Assembly: GCA_965648905.1 (NCBI GenBank)
Contig: CBFGIT010000001.1
Location: 96,001-160,000, forward strand
Direction of reading: 5' to 3'
DNA from: a candidate division WOR-3 bacterium
GTDB taxonomy: Bacteria > Hydrothermota > Tepidihabitantia > Tepidihabitantales > Tepidihabitantaceae
Length of the DNA: 64,000 nt
Within the stretch, counting starts at the first letter, position 1. Each line of letters opens with the position of its first letter. Of the stretch, positions 38,323 to 48,187 are shown in pieces. The notes under the pieces were generated by a model. That model did not search any database. It was not told the origin of the DNA and saw nothing but the letters and a program-made list of their open reading frames with translations. The position numbers were made by a program, and so were the translations under genes.

Positions 38323-40979
38323 CGCGATTTCACCTCCATCTTCTCACGCTTGCCGCCAATCTCGCAATACGCCTCAAGCTCGCCTTTGTCGGTTATCTTC
38401 AGGATGACCGGAATATCCCTGACGTTGGTTGACTGGACATTCTGCTCAAGCTGGTATGTGCGGTACGGGACTGTCTGGGGCTCCTGTCCCAAGGAGAGGT
38501 TCTCCTCCAATCGAAGCTCAAGCCCCGACCTGCTTGCGGCCTTGACAAGTTTGAGACCAGGTTTATCGGACCTGAACTCTTTTCCGTACTCCGCGCCCCA
38601 TGGCACAAGTGCCCTGAACGCCAAAGCGCCGGAGGCATCCCCTGTTGCGGCGCCGAGTCGGCCGACCTGCCGCCACCAGCGCCGCTCGCCCTGCAATTTG
38701 AACTCATCTGACACGCGCGTGTAAATAATCGCGCCCAAGGAAACACACTCCTTCAGGATAGGTCTGCCTGCGGAATCCCGGACGTAGTCAGTGCCCTCCG
38801 CAAACCGCGAGAACACCTGGGGCACTGTCGGCAGCAGAGAAGCCTTGCCGCACAGCAGAAGCCGGTCGGCCTTCTTCAGGTTGCATCTCCCCATGAAGAG
38901 GTCCATCTCCCTTTCGAAGTCCCGCAGGTATTTTCGTGCAATGCCGAGAATGTCGTCGATGGAAGCGTCTAGTTTCATTTGCTTTCCCCGCGCTATGTTC
39001 ACCGGGATTGCGCCCAGCTTCCTGATCTCCTTTATCCAGGTTCTGTATCTTTCGTTCTCTGGAATCGCGTGCAAGCTGCCGAGGCATTCCTCAAGCAGCC
39101 GATCGTCGCGGGGCACCAGAGGGTAGTCCGTCGTGGACTGCTCGCCGGCACCGGGTTTCACCACCTCTGATACCGCCAACTTGACCAGCTCAGGCGCCAC
39201 TGGCTCGAGATCTGGCGGCACGTCTCCCTGCTTCGCGATGTAACGCCCAACTTCAAGAGTCAGGACTGTGCCCCCCAGATTCTGGTCACCCCATGCACCG
39301 ATGACCTCTACCGTCTCTGGGCAACGACTGGTGCTCTCCCCCCGGTTACTCTGTGTTACGCGGAAAAGGGTAACATCAGTTGTGCCGCCGCCAAAGTCCA
39401 TGACCAGCAGAGTATACTCCGACCGAGACTTGATAGACTCGTCTCTGCGAGCACCACTGTAGAGGTAGTAAATGCCGGCTGCGAGCGATTCGTCAACCAC
39501 CTCCGGGTCCGCCACCTCCAGCCCCTTTGCTTGCGCGGCCTTCACGAACACGTCCCTCAGCACTTCGCGCTGATGAAGCGTGAACCTGGTAGGGACAGTG
39601 AACACCAGCCGCGTTGGCCGCGCTTTCAACTGACGTCGTGTGAGACGAAGCAACTCCATCACCGCGTACTGAGCAACGTCCTCGGCAGGTATCTCGCGCT
39701 CTTCGCCCTGCAGCACAAGCTTCTCAACGGCCCCAGTGCCAACCCGCGGCTTCACCGCACGGACGTAGCTCTCCCTGCGCAACCTCCCCAGTCGTGCAGC
39801 CTCCCTGCCGATGTCAAACACATACGGGGGTGTCCGGTCTTGCTTGTAGTCCCTGAAGTAGACGTCGGATATGATGACCGTCTCAGAGTCCTCAAGCACG
39901 AGATTGACCGGCTTCTGGCCATCCCAGCGGGCAACGGCCGATGCGCTCGTACCATAGTCGACAGCCAAGTCGTCCTTATAGACATCGTCCACAATCCGGG
40001 CATTGACTCTGCAGGTAGAAATTCTGGGGGCGTTGGACTTGAACTCGATCGTAACCGGTATACTGCCACGCGCCTTGGCCGTGGTCCGGGCCTCCAGCTT
40101 GACCTCGGCTGAGCCGCCGGCAGGAACCTCGCTCGCGCCAAGCTCGTAGGACCAACTCGCTTCAGGGTTGTCGCACTCCAGGACGACTTGCTCGATACGC
40201 AACGGGTCGTCGCCGACGTTCTGCAGCTTGACTTTAGTGGTACCACGGTCCTCAGGGTGTGTGTCGAAGTACTGAAGCTGACCGTCGGGAAAGACTATCT
40301 CCGGCGGGCGCTTGACTATCGCCTTGAACGTGCCGGTTAGAATCAGACTGCCAGTTCCGCTGCCGCGCGTCAGTGTGAAGCTGACCTTGGCTTCTCCGCG
40401 CTGCCGTGGGTCAACCTGCACGGGCACTTGAGCAGTTCCCTGGGCCAGCTTGACCGGTTGCCTCGGAACCTTGATACTCAGCAGATTCGGCTGGTCTACT
40501 TCTAATTCCAGGTCAGCCTCCAGGGCACAGTCCGAGGTGAAGCTGAGCATTGCCTCGGCTGAACCGAGGTAGACACTGACGTCTTTGACCGTGATGCTGC
40601 GCGGAGCAGGGAAGAGCCATATTTCGGCTTCGTTCAAGACCCCGAGGTCGTCGTAAACTGAGACGAAACACGACCTTGGAAACACCCCCGCCTGTCCCGG
40701 GTCGACAGTAATCTCGACTCTGGTTTCGTGCTGGCCGACGCTGCGATCTTGCCCAGAGATTCGGACCCACTGTTCGTGCTGGAATCTAAGCACCGAGAAA
40801 GCGCCTGGCGAGCGGTCACGAACCTGGAACGACTCGGTAACCGACGTGCGCTTCTCCCGGTCAACGTAGAGGTTGACCGTCTCAAACAACTCGTGCCCGC
40901 AGAGTGAGCAGTACCGGTCGCCGGACAGCGGCTCCCAGTTGCCACACTTGGGGCATCTCTCTTGTGGCGCCGGTCTCAT
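38319..40979 (-). CDS. Atypical Hsp70-family ATPase with N-terminal zinc ribbon and Ig-like domains
   Basis: CPKC..YCSLCG; LQNVGDDPLRI (Ig-like); AVDYGTS, FTVPTRF, DESLAAG, MDFGGGTTDV, LCGKASLLP, CVSLGA. Confidence 0.88.
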   Translation of the reverse strand: MRPAPQERCPKCGNWEPLSGDRYCSLCGHELFETVNLYVDREKRTSVTESFQVRDRSPGAFSVLRFQHEQWVRISGQDRSVGQHETRVEITVDPGQAGVFPRSCFVSVYDDLGVLNEAEIWLFPAPRSITVKDVSVYLGSAEAMLSFTSDCALEADLELEVDQPNLLSIKVPRQPVKLAQGTAQVPVQVDPRQRGEAKVSFTLTRGSGTGSLILTGTFKAIVKRPPEIVFPDGQLQYFDTHPEDRGTTKVKLQNVGDDPLRIEQVVLECDNPEASWSYELGASEVPAGGSAEVKLEARTTAKARGSIPVTIEFKSNAPRISTCRVNARIVDDVYKDDLAVDYGTSASAVARWDGQKPVNLVLEDSETVIISDVYFRDYKQDRTPPYVFDIGREAARLGRLRRESYVRAVKPRVGTGAVEKLVLQGEEREIPAEDVAQYAVMELLRLTRRQLKARPTRLVFTVPTRFTLHQREVLRDVFVKAAQAKGLEVADPEVVDESLAAGIYYLYSGARRDESIKSRSEYTLLVMDFGGGTTDVTLFRVTQSNRGESTSRCPETVEVIGAWGDQNLGGTVLTLEVGRYIAKQGDVPPDLEPVAPELVKLAVSEVVKPGAGEQSTTDYPLVPRDDRLLEECLGSLHAIPENERYRTWIKEIRKLGAIPVNIARGKQMKLDASIDDILGIARKYLRDFEREMDLFMGRCNLKKADRLLLCGKASLLPTVPQVFSRFAEGTDYVRDSAGRPILKECVSLGAIIYTRVSDEFKLQGERRWWRQVGRLGAATGDASGALAFRALVPWGAEYGKEFRSDKPGLKLVKAASRSGLELRLEENLSLGQEPQTVPYRTYQLEQNVQSTNVRDIPVILKITDKGELEAYCEIGGKREKMEVKSR

Positions 40980-41025
40980 GCGGGTCTTCTCCTAGTATCG
41001 TACGCCGCTGCCCGCGGACGTCATG

Positions 41026-44000
41026 CTAGAGACCTGACCGGTCGACCCAGGCTTCCTTCTTCAACGCCGGGAACTTGGCGTACTGGGGCCAGTCGAGGAA
41101 CTCACCGACCTGGTTTCTGACCCAGTCAGCCAGCGCGTCTCCGGCAAGGCCTTTCGGAGGCAACTCCAGATTGCCCGCAGCCTGCGAGACCGCCTTGTGC
41201 TTTGCGTCCACAAGCTCGTGTTCCGATGTCCCAACTGTGAAGCCGGGCTGCGAGGAGAGATACATGAGGACGTAGCTATACGCCTTACGCTCCTGCTCGC
41301 TCAACGCTGCCTCACGCTCGCTGATAACAGCCAGCAACCGACCTCGAAGCCCAGCGTCATGCATCAAAGTATCCATGGCTTCTTTGCGGTTTTTCCCGAG
41401 TTCGATGTCAGCAATACGGCCGACTTTGACCTTGCAGTACCCATATGCCGTCACGCGGTCCTTCTCGTAGCGCCGGATGACTCCCAAAATCGAGCCAAAC
41501 AGCAGGGCCTCAAGTGACTCCTTGGCGACGTGCGCGTCCTGTTCGGAGTACAACACCAGGTCATCAAATTGCCCTTCCCAGCGCTTGTCCAGGTGGAGCG
41601 GTATCTGGTAGTAGAGCTTGCCGAACTGCCGATTCTCACGCAGGTCCCGGTAGAATGAATAATAGGCATCGTGACAGGCACCGGAGACGACCGGTACGGC
41701 CGGCAGAGGAAAGGCATAGCAGATTGTGTACAAGAACACCTCACTCTTCCGTGTGGACTTGAGAACCTGAAGCTGGTAGTCACGGGAGGCCAGCGCACCG
41801 CCAAGCTCCTTCTCTAGTGCATCAACGGTGTTCTTGTCCGCATCGGCTGATACACCCAGGTAGGCTTCGCGCTTAGCTTTGACCGGCTTGCCACCAAAGT
41901 GACCGGTCAGCTTGACCAGGGGCAGTCCGGCCAGAGCCAGATCGGTCGCCCAAGCCTTCAGGGACTTCTTGGTGAACTCGGGGTGGGTAAGCACGTCCTC
42001 GTCGCGCGGGTATGAAGCAAAGTCCTGAGTGAATCGGTTGTCGCAGAACTTGGCAAGCAGCGCGCGTACCCTCTCCATGCTCTCTTGAAAACGGAAGTCA
42101 GCAAACTCAAGCAGCGACATTGGTCTTGGCAGCCCTTCGTGGGCCAGGAAGCCCTTGGCTTCGCTTGCGGCAGACACTGGTTCTCCACGGAGCCTGTAGA
42201 AGCCGGGCCAGTCGCGGTCATAGTTGAATATGCGTATGAAGAGCACATCGTCACCAGGGCGGAGGCGTGCGGTCTTTTCTTCCAAGAACGGCCCAGTCAT
42301 GGCCTCCATGTCGGTTAGGAATTGTGGCAACCGGGATGTGCGACTGACAAGATACGACGCCGCATCCATGACCGCCTGCTGGCACAGCCCGTAGAGCACC
42401 GCCTCGGCTCGGGCAAAGCCAAACTGCGCCTCGGCGTCCTTGACTTTGTCGGCAAGCAACTTGACCGAGAAGTCGCGTTCGTTCAATAGGCCGACCTTAC
42501 TGTTCGTCACAGCCTCGGTGAGCTCGTCAAGGAACCGGTCCCTCTCTCCCTGCCAGAGACCGGCGTCCTTCTCGGCCCTTTCGCGGCGCTTCGCGCAATC
42601 GGACTGGTCGGACGTGAACACGGTCTGAAGCTGCTCTTGGATTCTCGCCAGATACCCGGTCTTCTCGGCCAGCAGCCCGCGCAGTCCTCGTCCCGGTTCC
42701 TCCAGGCACCTGACCAACCATTGCTCCATTACGGTCTTCAGTTGCTCGGTGACCGCGGGCAGCTTCACCTTGAGCCGATGCGGAATATTGATGTCGGCGT
42801 CCAGCCGAGCCGTGTCCATGCCAACGTAATGCGTGTCCACGTCGTTGAGCGCCTTGCGTGCTTCCTCGATGTCGGCAAGCGTGCAACTGCCGGCTTTCGA
42901 GCGCAGGCCGGCAACTGCGCTGTCTGCTGCCTGCGTGAGTTTGTCGCGCCAGCCGGTGTCGAATCTGCGCGCAACGCCATCCAGCGTGAGCCCGAAGTCA
43001 GCCAAGTCGTGCTGGATGCTTCCGACCATGTCTGGGTCGGCGCAAGGCCGGACCCAGTAGCTGGCAATGTCGTGGCCAAGTTGGGCAGCGCAGGCGCCGC
43101 GGAGGGCATCAACCGGTATCTCAATCTTGCTCATGCCAAATGACCCGTAGCGCCGTGAGTACTCCTGAACCAGAGCCATCTGATCAACCTTGACGTTGGC
43201 GCCTTCGCCGCCTTCTAGGTACTGAACAACGTTGCTGTAGCTTGAGCGCTTGATAGTCGAGAAAGCACTGGGCATGAAGTCCATGTAGAGCGACTCGGCA
43301 ACCATGCGGAATAGCTCCTTCCTGGACTTGATGCCAACCTTCTCGTTCTCGGCACCAAGAACGTAAGTAACGTCAACCGGTGGACCCACGAGGGATTGCG
43401 GGTCGCCTTTTGTCCAGACTACATCGAACGTGGCTATTCCCTTCTTGCGTTTTTCGGACCTGGCCTGGCTGTCACCGGTCTGCTCACTGCCGGAATCGGC
43501 CTCGTCCACACAGAATGTGTAGTGCTCAAGCTCCTTGAGCGCGGCATAGGCATTGGCATAAGAGCGCTTGGACTGCTCGTCACTGAGGCTGCGGAAGTAT
43601 ACATCCGGCAGAACGCAGATGCCGGCAACGTGTTTGAACTGCTTCTGCATCTTTTTCTGAAGCAGAGTCAGCAGAAACGTCGTGTCCAGGAACGAACCGC
43701 CGCCCGTGCCACCCGCGACTGAGAAAACAATGAACACCTGAACGCCCAGGTCGAAGTCGTTCATTGTCGTTCCCGGCAGGAACTCCTGGGTCGCGCGGAG
43801 GTCCGGGAGCATGAGGAGGTCCCGGGAGAGCTTGTCGATGATCCCTTGCACCCGCTCGTGGTGGTAGAAGAACGCCAGCCGACCAATGGAACGGACGTTG
43901 CCGGCACCATCAGAGATTTTCCCGCCTTTCCGCTCTACTTCCGGGTACAGCCAGTCATGAATGTAGCCCCAGCGACCCCTGTTGTCAAAGACGTCAACAA

Positions 44001-44274
44001 AAGCCTGTCCAACTTCACCCTCGAGCAGCGCAAGGCTGTCTGTGTCAGTGAATCTGACCGACTCGTAGATGATATCTAGTGGCTCTCCCCACGCGCCTCC
44101 AGCTCTGATGTCGGTATCCAGCCACAGGTAGGCAACGCAAGGCAACCCGGGCATGTTGAAGTTCTCGTAGAACTTTCTTCGGAGCCGCAGCAGTACTTCC
44201 TTCCCGGTTCCGCCCAGGCCGATGAACAGGGTCGGCCTGATTGCACCGCCCTTCTCTTCTCTTGCAGGTGGCAT
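41026..44274 (-). CDS. Large tubulin/FtsZ-like GTPase (Tubulin_2/FtsZl1 type)
   Basis: PTLFIGLGGTG, GAGNVRSIGRL, SVAGGTGGG signature, ANAYAALKEL; long helical C-terminus. Confidence 0.9.
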   Translation of the reverse strand: MPPAREEKGGAIRPTLFIGLGGTGKEVLLRLRRKFYENFNMPGLPCVAYLWLDTDIRAGGAWGEPLDIIYESVRFTDTDSLALLEGEVGQAFVDVFDNRGRWGYIHDWLYPEVERKGGKISDGAGNVRSIGRLAFFYHHERVQGIIDKLSRDLLMLPDLRATQEFLPGTTMNDFDLGVQVFIVFSVAGGTGGGSFLDTTFLLTLLQKKMQKQFKHVAGICVLPDVYFRSLSDEQSKRSYANAYAALKELEHYTFCVDEADSGSEQTGDSQARSEKRKKGIATFDVVWTKGDPQSLVGPPVDVTYVLGAENEKVGIKSRKELFRMVAESLYMDFMPSAFSTIKRSSYSNVVQYLEGGEGANVKVDQMALVQEYSRRYGSFGMSKIEIPVDALRGACAAQLGHDIASYWVRPCADPDMVGSIQHDLADFGLTLDGVARRFDTGWRDKLTQAADSAVAGLRSKAGSCTLADIEEARKALNDVDTHYVGMDTARLDADINIPHRLKVKLPAVTEQLKTVMEQWLVRCLEEPGRGLRGLLAEKTGYLARIQEQLQTVFTSDQSDCAKRRERAEKDAGLWQGERDRFLDELTEAVTNSKVGLLNERDFSVKLLADKVKDAEAQFGFARAEAVLYGLCQQAVMDAASYLVSRTSRLPQFLTDMEAMTGPFLEEKTARLRPGDDVLFIRIFNYDRDWPGFYRLRGEPVSAASEAKGFLAHEGLPRPMSLLEFADFRFQESMERVRALLAKFCDNRFTQDFASYPRDEDVLTHPEFTKKSLKAWATDLALAGLPLVKLTGHFGGKPVKAKREAYLGVSADADKNTVDALEKELGGALASRDYQLQVLKSTRKSEVFLYTICYAFPLPAVPVVSGACHDAYYSFYRDLRENRQFGKLYYQIPLHLDKRWEGQFDDLVLYSEQDAHVAKESLEALLFGSILGVIRRYEKDRVTAYGYCKVKVGRIADIELGKNRKEAMDTLMHDAGLRGRLLAVISEREAALSEQERKAYSYVLMYLSSQPGFTVGTSEHELVDAKHKAVSQAAGNLELPPKGLAGDALADWVRNQVGEFLDWPQYAKFPALKKEAWVDRSGL

Positions 44275-44285
44275 GTTATCCTCCT

Positions 44286-44885
44286 CTAGTTTCCTTTAGC
44301 ATCTTGCCTGGTCCTGCCAGACCCTGGGTCGGCAACGTCCGGCCGGGAGAACCTGCTGCCCGCAGGCTCGGCCTCCTCGGTTCCGGTGGACCAGTCGCTG
44401 TTGTCTTCAGCCGTCGGTGTGATTACCGGCAGGACGAACCAGCACAAGGCGGCAGTTGCTGCCGCGACAACGATAGCTACGAGAATCAGCACCCAGCCCA
44501 GCGCGCGCGCCATCAGCACTATCGCCACGATGAAGAGCAGTCCGGCAGCCCCGGCAAGCCAGTACCAGGAGAATGTGCCGGCCAACCCGACCGCAACCGC
44601 GGCAGCCAGAAAGCACACGGCGTACCCAAGTCCGGCCGAAGCTGCTGAAGCGACCGAGGCGTCCTGACGCAGCAGCTTGCGGTACACACCCCGGCCTGCG
44701 ACCCAGCCGAGGAAGACTGCGACCAGCATTACGACAATCCTTGCTATCCACAGGAACCCTTCAACTAAGTGAGCAGTCACGCTCCACTGCAGCGCCTGGG
44801 TTGTGACTACGAAAGTGCTGATGAACACAAGCGCGATGAATACGAGCCAGTATAACGGGCCGAGTCCATGTCGTTCTTTGGCCAT
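44286..44885 (-). CDS. Hypothetical polytopic membrane protein
   Basis: About 5 hydrophobic helices; AGGAGG RBS. Confidence 0.75.
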   Translation of the reverse strand: MAKERHGLGPLYWLVFIALVFISTFVVTTQALQWSVTAHLVEGFLWIARIVVMLVAVFLGWVAGRGVYRKLLRQDASVASAASAGLGYAVCFLAAAVAVGLAGTFSWYWLAGAAGLLFIVAIVLMARALGWVLILVAIVVAAATAALCWFVLPVITPTAEDNSDWSTGTEEAEPAGSRFSRPDVADPGSGRTRQDAKGN

Positions 44886-44904
44886 GTTACCTCCTGGTAG
44901 GGCC

Positions 44905-46434
44905 TTATGAGTCACTGGGACGACCGCGCCTTTCGGGCCGTTCCTTTCGATCTTCTCTGGTCTTTCTGCGTATCGGACCGCAGACCATCAGTATCGTCGT
45001 GCCGTCGTGCCGCTTCAGAGAGAACTCAAGACCCGGCACTAGTCTGACGTACTCCTGCCCGTCAGTCAGCCTGTACCGCATCGCCGGCCGGAAAACGTGC
45101 CCGACGTCAACCTTCCCCAGCGTATCACGCTCCATAATCAGCTCGCCGGTATCGCTGTCAATCCGGCACTGGACATCCCGGTCGTGCAGCCGGGCAAAGA
45201 CCTGGAGCCGCCGCTGCCCCAGCAATGGTTTGACCAGCCGATAAGTCACCAGGCACGCGGCGATGACCAGTGCCAGTATCACGAGCAGCAGCAGGGCCGG
45301 CAAGGGCCCGTAGTCGGCCTCCAGCGGTATCGTCACCAGAGTGCTGCAACTGACGGTTCTTTCGCTCAACTCAGCGGGCAGTCGGTTGATTCCGAACACC
45401 TTGCCCTCGCGACGAGCATCTTCCGGAGTAGCCGCGTCGTACTTCGTCTGGTACTCGCGCGTCAGCGACAGGTCGCTTGGCCGGATGCTGACGACCACCG
45501 GCAGTTCCATCGGTGCATTGACCCTGCCGCCGGCGAACGCTGCCTTCAGCAGGCTGCCGGTCAGCGTCACCTTGCTCTTGTAGCGCATCTTGAACCCGGG
45601 ACCGGTGCTCTGGCCCGGACCCAGCCCCGGAAGTGTAGTGGGCTGAACGCTGTACTTCACAGGTGCGAGGCCGAGCCCGGACTTGCCTGCTGCGGCCGTG
45701 CGAATCAGTCTTGGCGTGTCGATCTTCGCACTCGAGAAGCTGATATGGCTGAAGCAACTGACGAATCCAATCTGGACCGAATCGCAGATGCTCTGGCCCA
45801 GGATGTACTTGCGGGCCCGGGGTTTGTGCACCGGCTCGGCCTTCACGGTGTTCCGGCCCAGAGGCTTAACGAGGAGTGCTTCGGTCTGGTAGTTCTTCTG
45901 AACACGCCCGGAAAGAGCGCTCTTCATCTGCTCGAACCGCGCGTCCTGGTTCCAGTCAAGCAGCAGCGCATACACGGTCAAGCCCTGTGTTCCCGCAGGC
46001 TGCAGAATCGGAAAGAAGTAGACCTTCTTGACTCGAGGTCCTTTGAGCAACTCGTAGAACTTGTCCAGGTGTGCGCCTTCCGGATTGCCCGGCTGGTGCT
46101 GGATGTTGTCGGTGACAATCCAACCGATGTCGTACTTGCGGTCGAGCACGTACTTCGCCGCCTTGTCAATCTCGGTGAACGACCAGGCGAAGTTCTCGTA
46201 GGCAAAATCCTTGTCGCCTGTTGACTTGACCGGCTTGACTTCTGTGCTGAACACGGCCAGGTCGGGCTTGCCGTACTCGCTGCATACGGCAAGCAGGACA
46301 CGGGTGAGGTCTTCGACTGAACCGCGCTCGAAGTAAGGCTTCATGCTGCCTGACCGGTCAACGAGCACTACCTGACCGGCCAGTGCAAGTTGGCCAAGAA
46401 GGACGAATCCGACCAGCCGTGTCAACCTTGCCAT
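44905..46434 (-). CDS. Exported vWA-domain protein with C-terminal TM anchor
   Basis: Signal peptide, VLVDRSGSM MIDAS, IVTDN, TM helix, short cytoplasmic tail. Confidence 0.78.
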   Translation of the reverse strand: MARLTRLVGFVLLGQLALAGQVVLVDRSGSMKPYFERGSVEDLTRVLLAVCSEYGKPDLAVFSTEVKPVKSTGDKDFAYENFAWSFTEIDKAAKYVLDRKYDIGWIVTDNIQHQPGNPEGAHLDKFYELLKGPRVKKVYFFPILQPAGTQGLTVYALLLDWNQDARFEQMKSALSGRVQKNYQTEALLVKPLGRNTVKAEPVHKPRARKYILGQSICDSVQIGFVSCFSHISFSSAKIDTPRLIRTAAAGKSGLGLAPVKYSVQPTTLPGLGPGQSTGPGFKMRYKSKVTLTGSLLKAAFAGGRVNAPMELPVVVSIRPSDLSLTREYQTKYDAATPEDARREGKVFGINRLPAELSERTVSCSTLVTIPLEADYGPLPALLLLVILALVIAACLVTYRLVKPLLGQRRLQVFARLHDRDVQCRIDSDTGELIMERDTLGKVDVGHVFRPAMRYRLTDGQEYVRLVPGLEFSLKRHDGTTILMVCGPIRRKTREDRKERPERRGRPSDS

Positions 46435-47876
46435 ATCAGCGCCCTCATCTCCTGCTGGTTGGTGACGTAGATGTGCATGAGGCCATTTCCAATCGGGATG
46501 AACGTGACACCTTCAGCATAGTCCTTCAGTTGTGCCACACGCAGCTCTCCATGTTCGCGTGCCGGGCCGTAGAATCTGATGGTGCCGCCCGCGGTCGGCG
46601 CAACTCGACCGATGGTCACGCCGCTCACATGGCCGGGCAGGCCGTCAGGGACGAGTTCCTCATCCTCTGTCAGCTTAGTGAAGCTGCAACCGCTGTATTT
46701 GACAATCGCCCCCTTGGTGTGGAGTAGTGGTTCACCCGTCTCGCTATCCTGACAAATGACCATCGACTCACCCTTAGGCAGGATGGCAGGTGTACACACG
46801 AGCCTGGAATCGAGACTGCCGATAACGGAGAGCGCCGGCTTTCCGTTTCTCGTCCCAAGCACATAGGCAGAACTAGAGCTCACAAAGCAGGGCATGGTGC
46901 CAACTGCGGTATGCACACCCGCACTCTGCCGTCCCTCCTGGGGTGTCAGGAATGGCTGGAACCCCTTGGGCCAGTCAAGTGCCGCAACGCCGTTGTCTGA
47001 CAACACATGCACGGCCTCGGCCGTGTAGCAGAAAACACGCCCGCGGAAGAACCACGGGCCTGCCACCTGACCTTCGGTGACGACAGGAATTGCCTTTGCG
47101 TTCTCGGGCGCGTCACGCGGAACTTGGACGAGTTCAGCAGCAGTCCCTTTCTGAGCTAGCAGATACCACGCGCCGAGGCTGGGGTCTTCTGCCAGCAGGT
47201 GGCAGTTGTTCTCGATGTCCGACAGGAAGCGGTCGTGTCCGACAGCGGAGCAGACCTGATGCCAGCCCCTGGTCACCAGGTTAACGGCAACCAGATGCTC
47301 GCTGCTGGCAGCCAGCCCCACCGGGACCTTTGTCTTGTCTGACTTGCTCGACCGCACGGAGAGCAGCAGCGAGGAACGTCCGAACTCCTCGGGCAGAGAG
47401 ACAATCAACTCGGCTTGCTTGGCGCGAAGCGCCAGCCGGTAGAAACGGCCGCTTGCGGTCAAGAACCAAAGGAACTGGGCCAACATCTTCGGTGGTTCGC
47501 GGATGACGTCTGGCACTTCAACCAGTTGTGGAGTTGGGGGCTCAGGCAACTGTTTGCCTTCGGTCGAGGAAGGAACCGTAGAGGTCGAAGGGCCGCCAAA
47601 GCCAGGGTAGTACCGACTCAGGGTGCGGCTGATATTGGTGAAGTCGGAGATTCTTGCTCTATTGACTTCCCCGCCGCAGCACCGACAGAACTGCGCCAAG
47701 GTCTGATTGACGGCACTGCACTTCGGCTTCGCGCAGACACTCGCCGGTCGTCCGCACTCAGCGCACCACGCTGCGTTGTCAATACGTTCCATCACGCTGC
47801 TGTTACAGCCTGGGTATGGACAACCAGTCCGGAAACGTTCCGGATAACGTGAATCTATGCCGACGTCTTCTGCCAT
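46422..47876 (-). CDS. Zinc-ribbon hypothetical protein, probable beta-propeller C-terminus
   Basis: CPYPGC, WCAECG, CAKPKC, FCRCCG; GAGG RBS before ATG 47876; TTGACT-16-TATATT promoter upstream. Confidence 0.7.
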   Translation of the reverse strand: MAEDVGIDSRYPERFRTGCPYPGCNSSVMERIDNAAWCAECGRPASVCAKPKCSAVNQTLAQFCRCCGGEVNRARISDFTNISRTLSRYYPGFGGPSTSTVPSSTEGKQLPEPPTPQLVEVPDVIREPPKMLAQFLWFLTASGRFYRLALRAKQAELIVSLPEEFGRSSLLLSVRSSKSDKTKVPVGLAASSEHLVAVNLVTRGWHQVCSAVGHDRFLSDIENNCHLLAEDPSLGAWYLLAQKGTAAELVQVPRDAPENAKAIPVVTEGQVAGPWFFRGRVFCYTAEAVHVLSDNGVAALDWPKGFQPFLTPQEGRQSAGVHTAVGTMPCFVSSSSAYVLGTRNGKPALSVIGSLDSRLVCTPAILPKGESMVICQDSETGEPLLHTKGAIVKYSGCSFTKLTEDEELVPDGLPGHVSGVTIGRVAPTAGGTIRFYGPAREHGELRVAQLKDYAEGVTFIPIGNGLMHIYVTNQQEMRALIWQG

Positions 47877-48187
47877 TCTGGTTCTGATTACCTCACAAAC
47901 TAACGGCTCGTCTCCTCTTGAGGCCAAACTGGCCGACTGAATAGGAAAATATACGTACCTTGGCCTGGCAGTCAAGCACTTCCTCGACTCTCCGGAACCA
48001 TCATGGACAACCCACCGAAGTTGTGGCGTGTGGGAGGCATGGATCAAAGGTCGGGAGGTGAATTGGCGCTCGTGGTGGCTCAATTTCGCTTTCAGGACGT
48101 GGACGACTGTGTCGTTGACAGCCCTGGGGGCAGAAGTATACTGCTCCTCGTGACCACGCAGTCTGAGCCGGTTGCCCCAATCCGAGC

